Below the pieces are notes generated by a model, which was not told the origin of the DNA, did not search any database, and saw only the letters and a program-made list of their open reading frames with translations. Below are positions 21,593-37,736 of a stretch of 64,000 bases of DNA, piece by piece. The stretch comes from the human T2T-CHM13v2.0 reference genome, Homo sapiens. Where the stretch lies: NCBI RefSeq assembly GCF_009914755.1, contig NC_060940.1; one strand, given 5' to 3'. The translations under genes were made by a program, and so were the position numbers. Every line of letters begins with the position of its first letter. Position 1 is the first letter of the stretch.

Positions 21593-22705
21593 TGTCACAG
21601 GCATGTGAACCAGAGCAACTCCATCTTGAATAGAGGCTGTAAAATGAGGCTGAGACCTGCTGGGCTGCATCTCCAGGTGATTAAGACATTCTAAGTCATA
21701 GGATGAGATAGAAGGTCGGCACAAGACACAGGTCATAAAGACCTTGCAGATAAGACAGGTTGCAATAAAGAAACCAGCCAAAACCCACCAAAACCAAGAT
21801 GGTAATGAGAGTGACCTCTGGTCATCCTCACTGGTACACTCCCACCAGCTCCATGACAGTTTACCAATGCCCTGGCAATGCAGGAAGTTACCCTGTATGG
21901 TCTAAAAAGGGGAGGCATGAATAATCCACCCCTTGTTTAGCATATCATCAAGAAATAACCATAAAAATGGGCAACCAGCAGCCCTTGGGGCTGCTCTGTC
22001 TATGGAGTAGCCATTCTTTATTCCTTTCCTTTCCTTTTTTTTTTCAAGACAGAGTTTCGCTTATGTTGCCCAGGCTGGAGTGCAATGGCGTCATCTAGGC
22101 TCGCGGCAACCTCTGCCTCCTGGGTTGGGTATCAGTTTAGACTGTGAAGTCTGGCTGAAGCCAACGGATGCAGGACACAACAGTAAGGATGAGCCAAAAG
22201 TGTAAGGAATAAATATGTCTGCGTTTCCTTTGTTCACTGTCCTCTTGGGGCAAGACTGCTGGCGAGTGTACCCTTTCTGCAGAAAGTAAAAATTGCCTTG
22301 CTGAGAGAATTAAATATATGTTCAAGTGCTATTTCTTTATGGCACCAGGGAACAAGCATTTAGCATTTCTAACACGGGTTCAAGTGATTCTCCTACCTCA
22401 GCCTCCCCAGTAGCTGGGACTATAGGCACCTGCCACCATACCTGGCTAATTTTTGTATTTTTAGTGGAGATGGGGTTTCACCATGCTGGCCAGACTGGTC
22501 TCGAACTCCTGACCTCAGGTAATCCACCCGCCTGGGCTTCCCAAAGTGCTGGGATGACAGGCGTGAGCCCCTGTGCCTGGCCCGATTTATTCCTTTACTT
22601 TCCTAACAAATTTGCTCTCACTTTGCAGACTTGGCCTGAATTATTTCTTGCGTGAGATTCAAGGACTCTTATTGGGGTCTGGATCAGGAACCCTTTCTGG
22701 TAACA
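21593..22705 (+). mobile_element. MER41A solo LTR (ERV1) interrupted by an Alu (-; ~22035-22583)
   Basis: Matches the recalled MER41A consensus (tgtcacaggc..gaaccagagcaactccatcttg ... ccctttctggtaaca). The Alu is flanked by the TSD tttattccttt(c/a)ctttcc. Confidence 0.85.
22126..22374 (+). mobile_element. 3' half of an LTR10-family LTR inside the Alu
   Basis: cctttctgcagaaagtaaaaattgccttgctgagag..gtgctatttcttt..ggcacc..tttctaaca; flanked by (T/C)GGGT 5-bp repeats. Confidence 0.65.
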
Positions 22706-25206
22706 GATGTGCCTGGGGGAGAAGGGGCCAGGAGGAAGGTGATGCAGAGGCCACCTCCACTAACCCTCAACAGCGTACACCACCTCTGCCACTCCCACTT
22801 CACAGGCGAGAAAACCAAGGCTTAGTGCGGTGGGGCCAAGTGCTCAGCGGACACAGCTGGAGAGCGGCGGGCCAGGATTCCGCATAAAAAAAGCAGCCCT
22901 CTCAGATCCTGGGAGGACAAACAGGAGAGCTCATTCCCTATTCTCCAGCTTCCATCTCAAAGTCTCCAGGAACCCCCAGCAACCAAAATATTCTTGTAAG
23001 TGAATAAGGAAAAGCAAAGCCAACAGGTGATTCTCGATGCTCCCGTAGGCCCCAGGGAGTGGAGAAGCACCACGCTCCAAGTGCCTGGACAGAGAGGGAT
23101 CTGCCAACGGGAGCTCGGTCAGAAAGAGGAGGAGGGGGAGCCAGGGCAGGGGGCAAAGAAAGAGAGTTCAGTGAGGGGGCAGCACGTGCCAAGGCCCCAA
23201 GGAGTGTCCCGGGCATGGAATGTTCCGGCAACCAAGAGAAGGCCGTGTGGGTTTGAGTGCAGACAAGGGGAAAGCGGCTCAGCACAGCCAGGGAAAGCCA
23301 GCCAGAGTGAGGGACAACGGCCCAGGAATGGCTGGGGAGCTGCGGCTCTGTCTGGAAAGCAGTGGGTGGGCGTCACTGGCACCTGCTGCCATCTATGGAT
23401 TCACCCAAGCCAAGGATGAAGATGGGGAACCAGCAGGCTCAGGACACAACATGGGCCCATCCCTCGTTGACTCCCATTAGCGGACAGCGACCCGTGCATG
23501 AGCTGCTCTGGGGGACGGCAGCTTCTGGCTCAGGGGCCAGCCTGCGTGTCTCTGCCATGGCGGGTCATAACCTCATCAGCCTCCTTCCTGAAACCCGAAT
23601 GCCACACGCCTGCTGAGTTTCTCAGGATCTCACAAATCCTACCCCAGTCCCCAACATCCTGGCCAGCCTGACGGTTACTTCCTGGAGCATCTTCCAGAGT
23701 TCCGTCGGGTTTGCTGACCCTGGTTGAGTGATGGCATTTTCTAGCTCTTTCTGTCTGTACCCCAGAATGTAGCTTGTCTAAGCCCAGTGACTTAAGCCCA
23801 ATCTATTCATTTCACCACTGTCCCCTGGCAGGAGGAATTCCTCTGAAAAGACCCCAGGAGCCTGGCGAGGGGTACGCTGGGGAGGCAGCTGGTGACAAGG
23901 CCTGGGCAGAAAGCCTGCTTTTCACTAAGAATTCTTTGAACATTTTGAATTTTGTACTATTTGCAGATACTGCCTATTCAAAAATAAGTAATTAATTGAA
24001 ACAATGAGATCATTCTCTTTGATACAAAAAGGCAAAACCCTAACCGGAGTCCTGTCGTTCTGCTGTTATCTCATCCCGGGCTGGAATCTGGTCACCCCAA
24101 ACTCCCCACGCCCCAGCCTCAGCGTCTCCATCTGTAAACCAAGGCCCAGGCCCTCGGACCTTGGTGGGGGGGCTCCACTTTGTGAGTCTGACTTGTCATA
24201 GCCTGAAGCTGTGGCCTGGGCCCCTGTCTCCGTCCCACTCGCAGGCTGGTTAAATCCCGGGAGTCAAAACCTCCAGGAGCAGGTTCCGTGGTCTGAGAGT
24301 CCAGGACAGCTTGTCACTCAGCAAGACAGCCTGGCGGCGGGGCGGCGGTGGGGGGCGCCAACCAGGGCGACCGAGGACACCAAGGTGGGGCCTGTGCGTG
24401 AGGTGCCCCCAGGAGTCTCAGTGGAAGCTCCAGGAAGGTCACAAGAGATCCCTCCTCCCAGGTGGCCCCTAAAGAGGCCAGCACACAGTCCATGGAGGAA
24501 GAGGCACAGAATCAATGAATCTGGCTTTCAAGGAGCGAATAAACTTAGGCTTGTTGGTGTCTCAAAGGCATCTGGTACCTGAATTGTTCTTGGGGTTCCT
24601 ACTGGAGGCGCCAGCCCTTAGAGACTGAGCAGCCAGGGACAACACTCCCGGGCGGCTGGCAGTGCCACCCGTTTCCTGCCAACCCAGGACCCGTGGAGAC
24701 CAGGATCAGCCTCTAGCATCCCTGGGGCAGCAGGAGAGACCCTTGTCCCTCCTCCACCCACACACTGGGGATCCCCATGCCTCCCTCATAGCTTGTGAGG
24801 AGCCAGGGGTCCGGGGTCAAAGTCAGATGCCGCGAGCTGGAGAGGAAGCGTCGGCAGACGTCCCCTGGGTGGGGTCCTGGGGTCTGCAGGTCACGTGGAG
24901 AAGGCACAGCAAGAACAAGACCTAGGCCAGACGGCAGCGTCAGCGCACGCTCCACAGCGGGCTTCCCGCAGCTCTGCACAGCACGGCGAATTTCCACCTA
25001 AGTGTGTCCACGGAGCCTCCACCAGATCAAAGCTGGAGACAGCCCCAGCTTCCCAGACAGCCTGACGACCCTCAAAACTGCATTTAAAAACCACTGTTTC
25101 GGTGAGTGGGTGAATCATTCACATGGTTCAAAATTCAAAAGGAACAGAATGATGTCGCCTGGAAATGCGTGTCCTGCCCCATCCCAGGGACTCAGGGTCC
25201 TGCACC

Positions 25207-25760
25207 TGAAACGGCCTTTGCAGAAGTCCTGTCAGTGAGACAATTAGAACACCAACCTAAGCTAACCCAGCCCCCATCCTGCCCTTCCCTTAATTATTCC
25301 TGGGCTATTGGGCCAAGCTAACTTTGGAAGACATTTAGGCTACAGTTTAAATGATTGATAATAGGCCTTGCCCCAAACCTGCTTTTGTAAAGCTAATGGG
25401 AGGCCCCCAGGCTTCCAGGAGGAGGGAACCAGAGACCTTATAAGGCGCAGACACAAAGGATGGTCGGCCATTATCCCGGAGGTTACAAATATGCAACTTC
25501 CCCCATTACTCCGGCAAGTAACACCACCGCTGTAGATGGAAGTATCTTCTGAGAGATCTTTCCAGGTTTTTTGCATGTCTGACGCCCACAGCTCCACTCA
25601 GACCCCATGGCTCCACCTGGACCTACAGCCCCGCTCCTGTGGCCCCACCAGAAGCAATTCGGCTGCAGGAGGAAGGCTTCCACCCCTGTGATTTCATCTC
25701 CACCCCAACCAATCAGCAGCAAACATCTGTTACCTGGCCACCCCTACCTAAACCCCTAAT
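25207..25760 (+). mobile_element. ERV1 LTR of the LTR8/LTR54-like group
   Basis: Starts tgaaacggcctttgca; contains tgatttcatctccaccccaaccaatcagcagc. Confidence 0.6.
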
Positions 25761-25766
25761 CTAATC

Positions 25767-26301
<535 letters not shown>

Positions 26302-26580
26302 GGACAGGGCAGGAAGTTGTCTGTAACCAGCAGGTGCTCGACAATGAAAAAAGGAGAGTAAGGCCACGCACAGCATCTCCACATCTAAAGTCCCGAGGAG
26401 GGGTGTCCTGCAGCGGGGGCAGAGGGAGAGACCACCAGGGGCCCTAGAAGGGGGGGTGCCTCGTGCAGCTCAGCAAGGAATCCATCTTCATCTCCACAGC
26501 GTGGAACTCAGCCAGTCCCGGAAAGCCCTCCCGTGTGTTCTGGAAACAGCTCACTGCAAACAGCCCCCTTCGCACAGGAC

Positions 26581-27067
26581 TGAGATGAGACTCGCGGCTG
26601 CCGGGTCCGCCTAGGAGAAGGCCAGATCACGGCCTCATCAGCGATTCCCTGAGCTGTTTTGTTCCCACAGAAGCAGCAGAACAAAATGCTTGTTTAAAAA
26701 AACAACAAAAAAAGCTTGTTCAGCTTCTCTGCCTCCCCCAAACCCTGAACTGGGAGACCCCCCCCAGCCTAGTTCCCCCTGGGTCAGCCTGTAACCCCAC
26801 CTTAGCCCCTGAGACTGGGCTGGCCAGGGGCGACCTGCTGTATCTGCTGCCCCTCAGGCCCCCTCACGCCACTCCCCCACCGATTCTTTCCAGCCCTGCT
26901 CCCTCTCTCCGTCAAAGAAAACCCCTTTCCCTGGCTCTGGAGGCCTTGTAGGCCTTGTACGTTGGAGTGGTACGTACCCCTACTGTGAGGCGCTCCCCCA
27001 AGCCCTGCAATAATCCTTTTGGAATAAAGTTCCCCTTACTAAATCCGGATTTGTTTTTTATTTGACA
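26581..27067 (+). mobile_element. ERV1 LTR, MER67-like (copy 1)
   Basis: TG...CA ends; ggcctcatca..cagaacaaaatgcttg; AATAAA near the 3' end; homologous to copies 2 and 3. Confidence 0.6.
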
Positions 27068-30000
27068 ATTTCTTCTCTGTGGAATTCTCGGCTCAACTCA
27101 AGGGACGGAGCCGAGCTTAGAAATAAAACAGGAGCAGCGTCAACAGAAGATGTCAGGAGTGGGGGCCTCGTTTCTGCGTGGTGAATTCTGAGACCAGGGC
27201 ACACCGTCCCAAGAGGGCAGTGGACGCTGGGGAAAGTGTCACGGCCGCTGAAGGAGAGGGAGGGGGCCAGTGGAGGATCCAGGCTCCTTCTGGCCCCTGG
27301 CTGCCTAAAGATGAAGCGTCGCCCTGGCAGTGTTTGAAACACGGTCATTAAGGAGTGAAATCGGCGCGGTGAGTTGTGCAGGAGAACGTGGCGAAACCTC
27401 CCTGGAGACGAAGAGCCCCAGAGCGTGCAACCTCTCCGGGGGAGTCTGGGTCCAAGCCCACCGTGTCCTCACCCAGACCTGCCCACGCCTCTCTCCCAGC
27501 TGTCAGGAGTTGTCAAGGGGATTAAGTGGATTCTCTTTGCCGTTCATGGGAACGGCAGCGGGATTAGCTGGGGCCTCCTACCGAGGAGGGGGTGGGCTCG
27601 GGTTAGCACAGACGACACTCAGAGAGCTTGGAGGGGCGGTGACCAAAGAGGTAGGTCACAGCCAGATACCAAGGCCTTGACTTTGGGGTCTCATTTTACG
27701 GGTAAGAACCCTCCCTTGGCTGGGGGTGAGGCTAGGGCCACACACCCATTCCCCAGCCAGCCTTTGCAGAGGTCAATGAGAAAGAGGCAAATTCTGGAAC
27801 CTTTCCTCACCCTCTTTGACCCAGAGAGGATTTAATCTGGAATGAAGCTGGTTGAGACTAGTTTTGTGAGCGATCTGTCCACCTGGGGTGCCGGTGTGTT
27901 TTACAAGGCTGGCTTTCATGGCGCAGTTGAGTTCCCACTTGCAGAACATACTCACCCTGTGGCTATAAGGCAAAGCGCTGGGGCTTGTAGGCACTGGACC
28001 CCAAGCAGTGAACAGGTCAGTGCAGGGCCTGTTTGGTGTGGCTGCACAAGCGCGAGAAACAGGAATGCAGGCGTTTCTGGCTGGAGGGAGAAGGTTGGAT
28101 GAGTGTAACAGCACCTTCGGGGTGAGGGTTTGCATTTCCGCTGGAGACGAGGCCAGGTGTCTTGCACTCAGGTTAGGCTGTGAGGAATTGAGGCCAGGCC
28201 CAGAAGGAGGGTGGGATGGAAGGGAGGGGCCGTCATGTGGATGGTGGGCCAGGTGTCCAGGCCCGCCAGGTGCCCAGGTTGGAGAACCCGGATTCTCCAT
28301 GTGTGCGGGTCCTCCAGGTGCCCACGTCCTCCAGGTGCCCGGGCTGTCCGGGTGCACAGGTTTGTGAGATGCTCCCACTGTGTGCTTCCTACTGTTTTGC
28401 ATCCAATGCACACGGATGCACTCCCACCTCTCGGCTCCCCTGGATCACCCCAGGCAGGTGAAGGAATGTTTTGGAGCCCTGTTTTCTCCTCCCTGAGACA
28501 GGGTGGCACCCGGCCTCCTCCTCTGGCTGCTGCAGGCTCAGTTCACTTTCCCACGCTGGACCCCTTCAGGCCAAGCCTCGGGGAGCACAGAACCATGGGA
28601 CAGCGGGGATCCAGGACCCCCAGAAATCCGGCTGGAGGAGCTTCAGGGTGACCCCTCCTCCCCTGTCCCTCAGAGCAGATGCTCCTAGAATGCTCCTCCT
28701 TAGAGCAAGTGAATTAGCATTCCCACCAAGGCTGCCCAGAATGGGGTAGGGGCAGGGTGTGTGGGGACCAGCATGGGTACCGAGCCTTCGTCATCTGTGG
28801 TCTCAGTGGCAGGCGGGCAGTGCCAGAAGCCCCATCTCCATCCACTGTCTCCCCTCTGTGCTCTCCCAAGGTGTGGCCCCTCCCCCCACCATCTCACCAT
28901 CTCTGCAGGGTTTCTGCTGAAGACCAAGGACTTACAGGCTCTTTAGAGGCCAGAGAGGCAACCTGTGTTTGGGACAGTTGGCGGGGACCCAGCCCAGGTG
29001 GGGAGTGACCAGAGGACACCCAGGCAGAGCCACTGCTCCCTCGGGGACTCCTGGGCCCCCTGCTCTTCCCAGGTGGGGAGTGAACAGAGGATTCCCAGGC
29101 AGAGCCACTGTTGCCTCTGGGGCTCCTGCACCCCTGCTCTGTCCAGATGTTGGCTTCCCACCCTGCCCGGGCTGGGACCCCTGTTCACCTCCCTCCGCTA
29201 TTCCTGCAGCCTGTGAAGCCCATGCCCCGCGGTGGTTTTGGCTGACTCCAGGGCAGGGTTGCCTCCTCCTGTCCCAGGTGTGCAGCTCGCACGCACACAG
29301 CCGGCAAACACAGCGTGGTGAGCTCAGGAGGATTGTCTAGGATGCAGAAGTCACAGGAAGGGGTCCCAGCCTGCAGCCCACCCTCTTCTGCATCCCCCTC
29401 TTCCCACCACCGCCTTCTCCTCCCTCTGCTTTCCTCTGTCCTCCATCCTCCTCTGCACAGGAAGCCTCTCCAGGCCCGAAGGCAGAGTTGCTGGAGCTGT
29501 TGCTTGATTAGGGCCATGGCCCCCATCCCCTGGCCAGGGGAATTCTCTCTCCTCTCCCCGTTTTTCCTCCACACTTCCCTCTTCCCTCCCTGTTCTCTCC
29601 CTCTGAGCTGGGTTAGGCTGATGGGCTCCGAGCACAGAGGCAGAAGCATATTCATTTCGGTCCTCTCAGGGGCCAAGACCCTTTTACATCGGAGCTGGAG
29701 AACGCAGCCACCCGTGGGCTAGAGGAGGGGCCGGGGCGCCCCAGAACTGAGGCCCCCGCTTTCCAGGCCAATGCCCTCCTTCCTTCTGTTTCCCACCCTT
29801 TCCCACCCCGGGGGTTTAATGTGCGTCTCCATGCACTACTATCGGCAGTTCCCAGCAGGTCATAAGAGCTGCCCCGGAGTTCTGTCCAGTGGGACCTCAC
29901 GGGGAGACGGGGTTCCAGCAAGGAGCTCTGAAGGAGGGCGAGGTAGCAGGAGAGGGCGGGCCATGGGGAGACCCGGGCTTTCTGCAATGAGGGGGCGGTG

Positions 30001-30240
30001 AGAGGATTGGTCACTGGTTCCTTTAGGAAGCCCTGCTTTCTTGGGGAGGGCGCACCTGACAGGTGGCTTCATTCGAATGTGTTTGGGGCTCCCGCCCCAA
30101 CAAACGCACCCCCCTCATCCTCTCTCTGGGGGAGAGGGAGCTGCCACACACCATTCGTTTATGCCCGCCATCTCCCACGGTGCTCAAGGCATCGAAGCGC
30201 CAGTTGGAGGGAGGGCAGAGCTTGCTGGGTCCACCCGGGA

Positions 30241-31666
<1,426 letters not shown>

Positions 31667-32164
31667 TCACTCGGGGCCCCCGAGCTGAGATGGGGTGCTG
31701 GCTTCATTTTTTTTCACCTCTTCCACAAATACTGACCAAGGCTTTTGTTCAACCAGACCCTGGAACTGGGGGACCCGGTGGGGGACAGGGCAGATGACCT
31801 GTCTTCAGGAACCTTCCCGGGGTGGGGGTGCACCCATGGGTGACTGCAAGAACGCTAACACCAGCACTGCGGGTGCAGACCGTGCTCTGGGGGGGGACAG
31901 GGGCTGGGTCAGGGCAGGCGTCTGACCATGAAGGGTGGCCTGGAAGGGAGAGTGATCCAGGCTAAGTGGAAGGCAGTGGAAAGCCCCGGGACGGGGGCGG
32001 AGTGGGGTGCGGGGCAGAGCTTCGGGGACTCCAGGGGCCCAGCCTGACTGGAAAAGGGAGATTGGGCAGGGCCAGGGCTGGTGGGGCTGCAGCTCTGTGG
32101 GGCGTCTGCATTTCTCTTCAAGGGCAGGAGGAGCTTTTCTGACTGGTGTTCGGCAGGGGACTGA

Positions 32165-33012
<848 letters not shown>

Positions 33013-34704
33013 GCCGGTCATCGGCGAGGTCAAGGGGACTCAGGGCCTGGGCTGGGCCTTGCCCTAGGTAGACCCGGGGTGGGGGCATCTCTGAGTCTCC
33101 CTCAAGTCACACGGGAAGAGGTTTCTCTGCACGAGCAGAACACAGGGGTCAGGGGTTTCTTAACCTTCACTGTTTCCAGGAGCCCAAGGCTCTTTGAGCT
33201 CCATGTTGGCACCAAGCATCTCGAAGGAGCCAGCTGGGCTGGGGGCCAGGCGGGCTGGCAGCCACTGAAATGCCACCTGGGAGGGCCGCCGAGGCTGAGG
33301 CTGCTCACCATGCTGGTGGCAGCACCTGCAGGGCTGGCTCACCTGTGGCTCCCAGCCCCACCCTTGGATATCACTCAGCAGGCCCCCAGGGAGTCCCCAG
33401 ATGCTGGTGCAGGTGTCTTGGGGCCTGTCTCACCGGTGACCTCACAAGGCCAGTGTCAGGGGGTGGGGCAGCCTGTGAGCTCTCTCCTTCCTGTCCCTCG
33501 ACAAGCCCACCATAACGGTCAAGTCCGCAAAGGGGTACGCACCTCCCGCAGGGCCATCCAAGGTCCCCAGCTCCAAAAATTGCTTTCCAAATTCCAGCTC
33601 CCTTAGAGGGCAGCCAGTTCTCAATTGTGAGGGGGTGAGTTATTGGATTAATTTGCCTTTGAACAGCACTGAGAGGCCTGGGCCTCAACTTCCCAGCAGT
33701 GAAGACATTACTACAATGCGCCCGAATCCTTCCAGAACCCATGGGAGGTGGGTGGGCCCTTCCTGCCTGGGTGGTCAGAGTAGGGGGCTCACACAGATCC
33801 TGAGCCAGGGCTCCAGGTGACCCCGGTTGCTGCATAGGTTCCCAGCTGCACCCCAGAATGCCCTGGTCCATCACTGGGCAAGGTCTCCCTAAAGAAAGGG
33901 CTGCGGGGAAGGGGCGCCCAGCCTACTAGGGAAAAGCCGCCCAACCCCCAGTCCCAGGAGACCTGCAGCCAGGAGGCCTCTTTGCTAATACCCTGTGGAG
34001 CTGACTGCTCACTCCAGTGACTTTGTATTTCTGGAGCCCTCCCGGCTCCTCGCGGGACTCGGTGGCTCCAGGATAAGATTCAGACTATGGGGCCCACTCA
34101 GGGCCTGTCCCCCACCTCCCGTTCAGCTGGGACTGCGTGAGTCCTGCAGATAGGAGCAGCCTTCACTGGATCCAGGACGGAGCCCTATGGTTGCCTTCCC
34201 ACCCCGTGCTGGGAGGTGGATGAGGGGCTCATGCTCTGAGCCCCGGACTCGCCCCCTTAACTGAGAGGCTCGGGAGTGTCCTGGGAACACAGAATCGGTG
34301 CCGCTTCCTCTCCTGCTCTGATCCCAGGCTGGAGAAAGGCTTCCTTCCTGACCTCCCAGGAGCTGGAGCCCTGCATCCTCTCAGCGGGTGACCCCCAAAC
34401 CCCTCCCAACTTCACCCCTGCAGCTCCCTGGGACTGGAACCTTCCCCCTCCTCCCCGGTGGTCTCCACCTGAACATCCCTGCGCAGGCTGCCTGCCCCCC
34501 ACTCCCGAGGCAGATCCGATATCTTGGCTCGGCACCCCCACCCTCGAGGGGTGCGTGCTCACATGTGTGCAACCCGCCCATGGCTCACCCCCACCCAGCG
34601 GCCTAAGTGGGCTGTCGGTGAATGAATGAATGAATGTGTGAAGGTGGGAAGGAATGAGGTGGCCAAGAGGGGGCCAGGAACGTTCCTATACACAGAACCT
34701 GGCG

Positions 34705-34758
34705 CAGAAGAAAAGAACACAGAACATCAGCGGTAGGATGATTGAGTGTTTCTTTAAA
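34705..34758 (-). terminator. Probable SLC7A5 polyadenylation site with non-canonical hexamer
   Basis: Minus strand reads TTTTTATTTTTAAAGAAACACTCAATCATCCTA|CCGCTGATGTTCTGTGTTCTTTTCTTCTG: TTTAAA ~20 nt upstream of the putative cleavage site and a GU/U-rich element downstream. Confidence 0.6.
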
Positions 34759-37227
34759 AATAAAAACCCCACAAAAAAGCCAGAACACCCTACCCAACCC
34801 AGCCCAGTGTAACAGGTTAGCCATTAACACAGAATAAAGAAGGTCCCAGCCACACACGTCATTACTCGGCAGAGGGTGTCCAGCCTGGTCGGCCGACGTC
34901 ACAGTGGATGGCCCTGCGTGGCTGGGACACAGACAGGGAGCAGGCATGGCACCTGCGCCACGCAGAGCAGCAAGGCTGAGCATGACCACTGGAAATAAAT
35001 AAACATGGTGCCGACAGCATCTTTAAATTAGTAAGACGTTAGCACAAAACAAAAAAGCACAACGACTGAAAATGCACTTGCTTGTTGTGGTGGGTTGTGC
35101 TTGAAAACACCTGAAGCCCACAAGTGGAAACCGCTGGGGACGTTTGTCAGTGGAGTGTGGAGAAAAAGGGACGGAAAAATCAAGTCTTCTGAGACAGTCC
35201 CCTGCGGTGGCCCTGGTCCCTGTGGAATTCCAGCACAGCAGGAGGGGGAGGGGGAAGCAGGCCTCAGTCAGCACCGCGGGACACGGCCCCTACCTTCTGA
35301 AGTGGGGTCCCCAGGCTGGAGTGGGGCACACAGCACCAAGGATCACAGACTGGACCCCCCACCAACCTTCTGCGGAGGAGCTCCCACCCCAGCTCAGACG
35401 CCCAGAAGAGACCTGCGCAGTGTGAAGACGGACCCCAGCGGCCCCAGCCATTTCACTAGCAGCTACTTTCCACAACAGACGCTGGCAGCCCCCATGCTCG
35501 CCCACAGCCGCAGCAGCCAACAGGCAAGTGCGTGCCGTCGAGAGGCCGCCGGCTCCCTGTATCCTTGAGGCATGTCCACGTCCCAGAGCAGGAGGTTGGA
35601 ACAGAACGGCATCCCGAGGACCCCTAGCCGAGGCGGGAAGGTAAGAGGCTGACGTCGTGCGTGGGCCCCGCCGGCCCCAGTGGGAAGCAGTGGTGCGTGC
35701 CTCCAGGGAGCACTTCTCCTGGACCCGGGGCCGTGGCTGCCTACGATGTCCACTGCCTCCTGGATTCACACAGCAATGCACCAGGCAGGTGGGGCACCAG
35801 CTGCTGTCCTTATTTGCAGCCAAGAGAACAGGCCCAGAGGGAAGAGGTCTTGCCCAACACAGTCAGTCCACCTGCCTGCTGGTGGTCCTCGGCCTCCAGA
35901 CCGTGGGCTGTCCCTTGGACGAGTGGAATTCGTCCCCAGGAAGGATGCAGGTCCTATGAGCAGACGCTGTGAAGTCTGTCCATGTGCAGCGGGAAGCAAC
36001 GGGGCAGGGGTGAATAAAGGTCTTCATTCCTCAAGCAAGAGAGACGGACATCTGGTCCTGAGTCCCCAAACTGTTCATCAGGTTTCTCCGGGCCCACTGG
36101 ATGGTGAGGGGGTCCCGGTGCCCAGGCGGGGGCGGCAGGCTCCACTGGGCACTTGCTGAGAGCTTGCGGCTTGAGCAGCCGCTGGTCAGTGAAGCCGTGT
36201 CCGGCTTCGTTGGCTCCCGGCTTGGGACACTCAGGGCTGTGCCACAGGCCAGCTCCTCCAGCCACAGCTGAGCACTGGAGTGACGCTGGACCACTTGGCT
36301 CCACCTCTGGCTGGGGAGAAGGGAAGCCCGGGGCCTGAGAAGGCAGAGCCCCCCGAGCTCAGGAGGGATCCTGCGGGGTCTTCTTGTTCTGGGGGTCCCT
36401 GGCTGCTGCCATGGAGGCAGCGACAGCTCAGGAAAGTGGGCCGCATTGGCCAGGCCTCGGCTGCCTCCCATAGCGAAAAAAATTCACGGGAACAACAGAA
36501 ACAAGGGGTGCCCTAGTTCCCTCTCTGCAGGCGGGTGGGGACTGGGTGAGAGCCCAGGGGCCTCCAAACGCAGGCGGCAGAGACGTGAGCAGTGCTTGGC
36601 TCTGTCTCCTAGACAACGGGCATCAGGACCAGGACAGGACATGAGCGTGACAGGGAGAGCGGGGAGGTGCCTAGGCCGGGAGTGGGAACCCAGCACCGGC
36701 CAGAAGGGGCTGCCGGGCGGTACAGAGGCCAATGCATTGGAGGCTGAGGGTAGCTGCGACCTCTGGGGCAGGGGACACTGCTGTGTGGAGCCCAGGGTGG
36801 GCGCCCACATGGGTGCCTGGCCGCGGTGTGTCTGCCTTTCTTGTCTCTGTTTCTAGAAGACTGAAGGACAGGGCTTTGTCTGCATGAACCAGAACTCAGC
36901 CTCCAAAACTGGACACAGAAATAGCCAAGAGGCCACACTGCCCAGAGGCCAGGCCTGGTGAGCTAGGGGAGATGCCGGCACCCCCCAACCCTGGGGCTGT
37001 TCCCTGGCTCAGGATGGTGTCTCGGGGCTAGGATTATGGTCAGGAGTCCATCGGGGCCTCAAGCACCTCCTGGGAGGAATCACCCACCTTGCCCAGATCC
37101 CCCACCCCCTCCCAGTGCCACCCTACGGCTGAGTTTCCACTCTGCAAACCCTAAGGCAGAGACATAAGCCCACAGGGTTGGTTTTCACGAATGTCACAAG
37201 CCCATGTGTCTGGGCAGCTGTCCGGCT

Positions 37228-37235
37228 TCAGTGCA
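37228..37235 (-). promoter_or_regulatory. miR-148/152-3p 8mer site in the 3'UTR
   Basis: mRNA UGCACUGA is a perfect 8mer seed match. Confidence 0.65.
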
Positions 37236-37510
37236 AGTCTGTGGTAGCAATGAGGTTCCAAGTCTCAGTAGCTCTGTTTGCCCAGGGTCTGGGCCCTTGG
37301 GGCAGGAGAAAGGAAGGCTCCTGCCTTCCCCCAGCTCCTTAAAAAATCATCTTAGTGGTGTCAAGTTGACCCAAAATTTAAGTTTAAAAAAAATATATAT
37401 ATAAGTAAACAAAGGAGGGAAGGGAAAAAGGGCCCAAGGAGACCAAAAGCTGCTCCTGGGCAGGAGCACAGGCACACCTGGGTCCCTGGCCCTCAGTTGA
37501 GGGATGAGAT

Positions 37511-37517
37511 TCGTACC
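37511..37517 (-). promoter_or_regulatory. miR-126-3p 7mer-A1 site in the 3'UTR
   Basis: mRNA GGUACGA complements the miR-126-3p seed; SLC7A5 is a reported miR-126 target. Confidence 0.7.
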
Positions 37518-37680
37518 AGAGTTTTCACAGCAGCCTCCACTGCCCGACCTGGGAGGGACGGCGAGGGACTGGGATGGGCAGCTGAGCTGTGGGTTGCGGG
37601 GAACCGGAGTGGGTTCGAGGAGGTGATCTACTTTAACTGGCCTCTGCGCATGCTCCTCCGGCAGCCACTCGGCCTCCTGG

Positions 37681-37736
37681 CTATGTCTCCTGGGGGACCA
37701 CCTGCATGAGCTTCTGACACAGGACGGTCGTGGAGA
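37681..37736 (-). CDS. SLC7A5: SLC7A5 exon 10 coding part (C-terminus and TAG stop)
   Basis: FSTTVLCQKLMQVVPQET* matches the LAT1 C-terminus; CAG acceptor at 37737-37739; stop at 37683-37681. Confidence 0.98.

Larger units (their letters stand above)
34734..37680 (-). other. SLC7A5: SLC7A5 3'UTR (~2.95 kb)
   Basis: Alu-free sequence after the stop codon. The 3' end is inferred from the U-rich terminal region, a TTTAAA variant hexamer, a downstream GU/U-rich element and the recalled mRNA length. The exact end is approximate. Confidence 0.75.
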
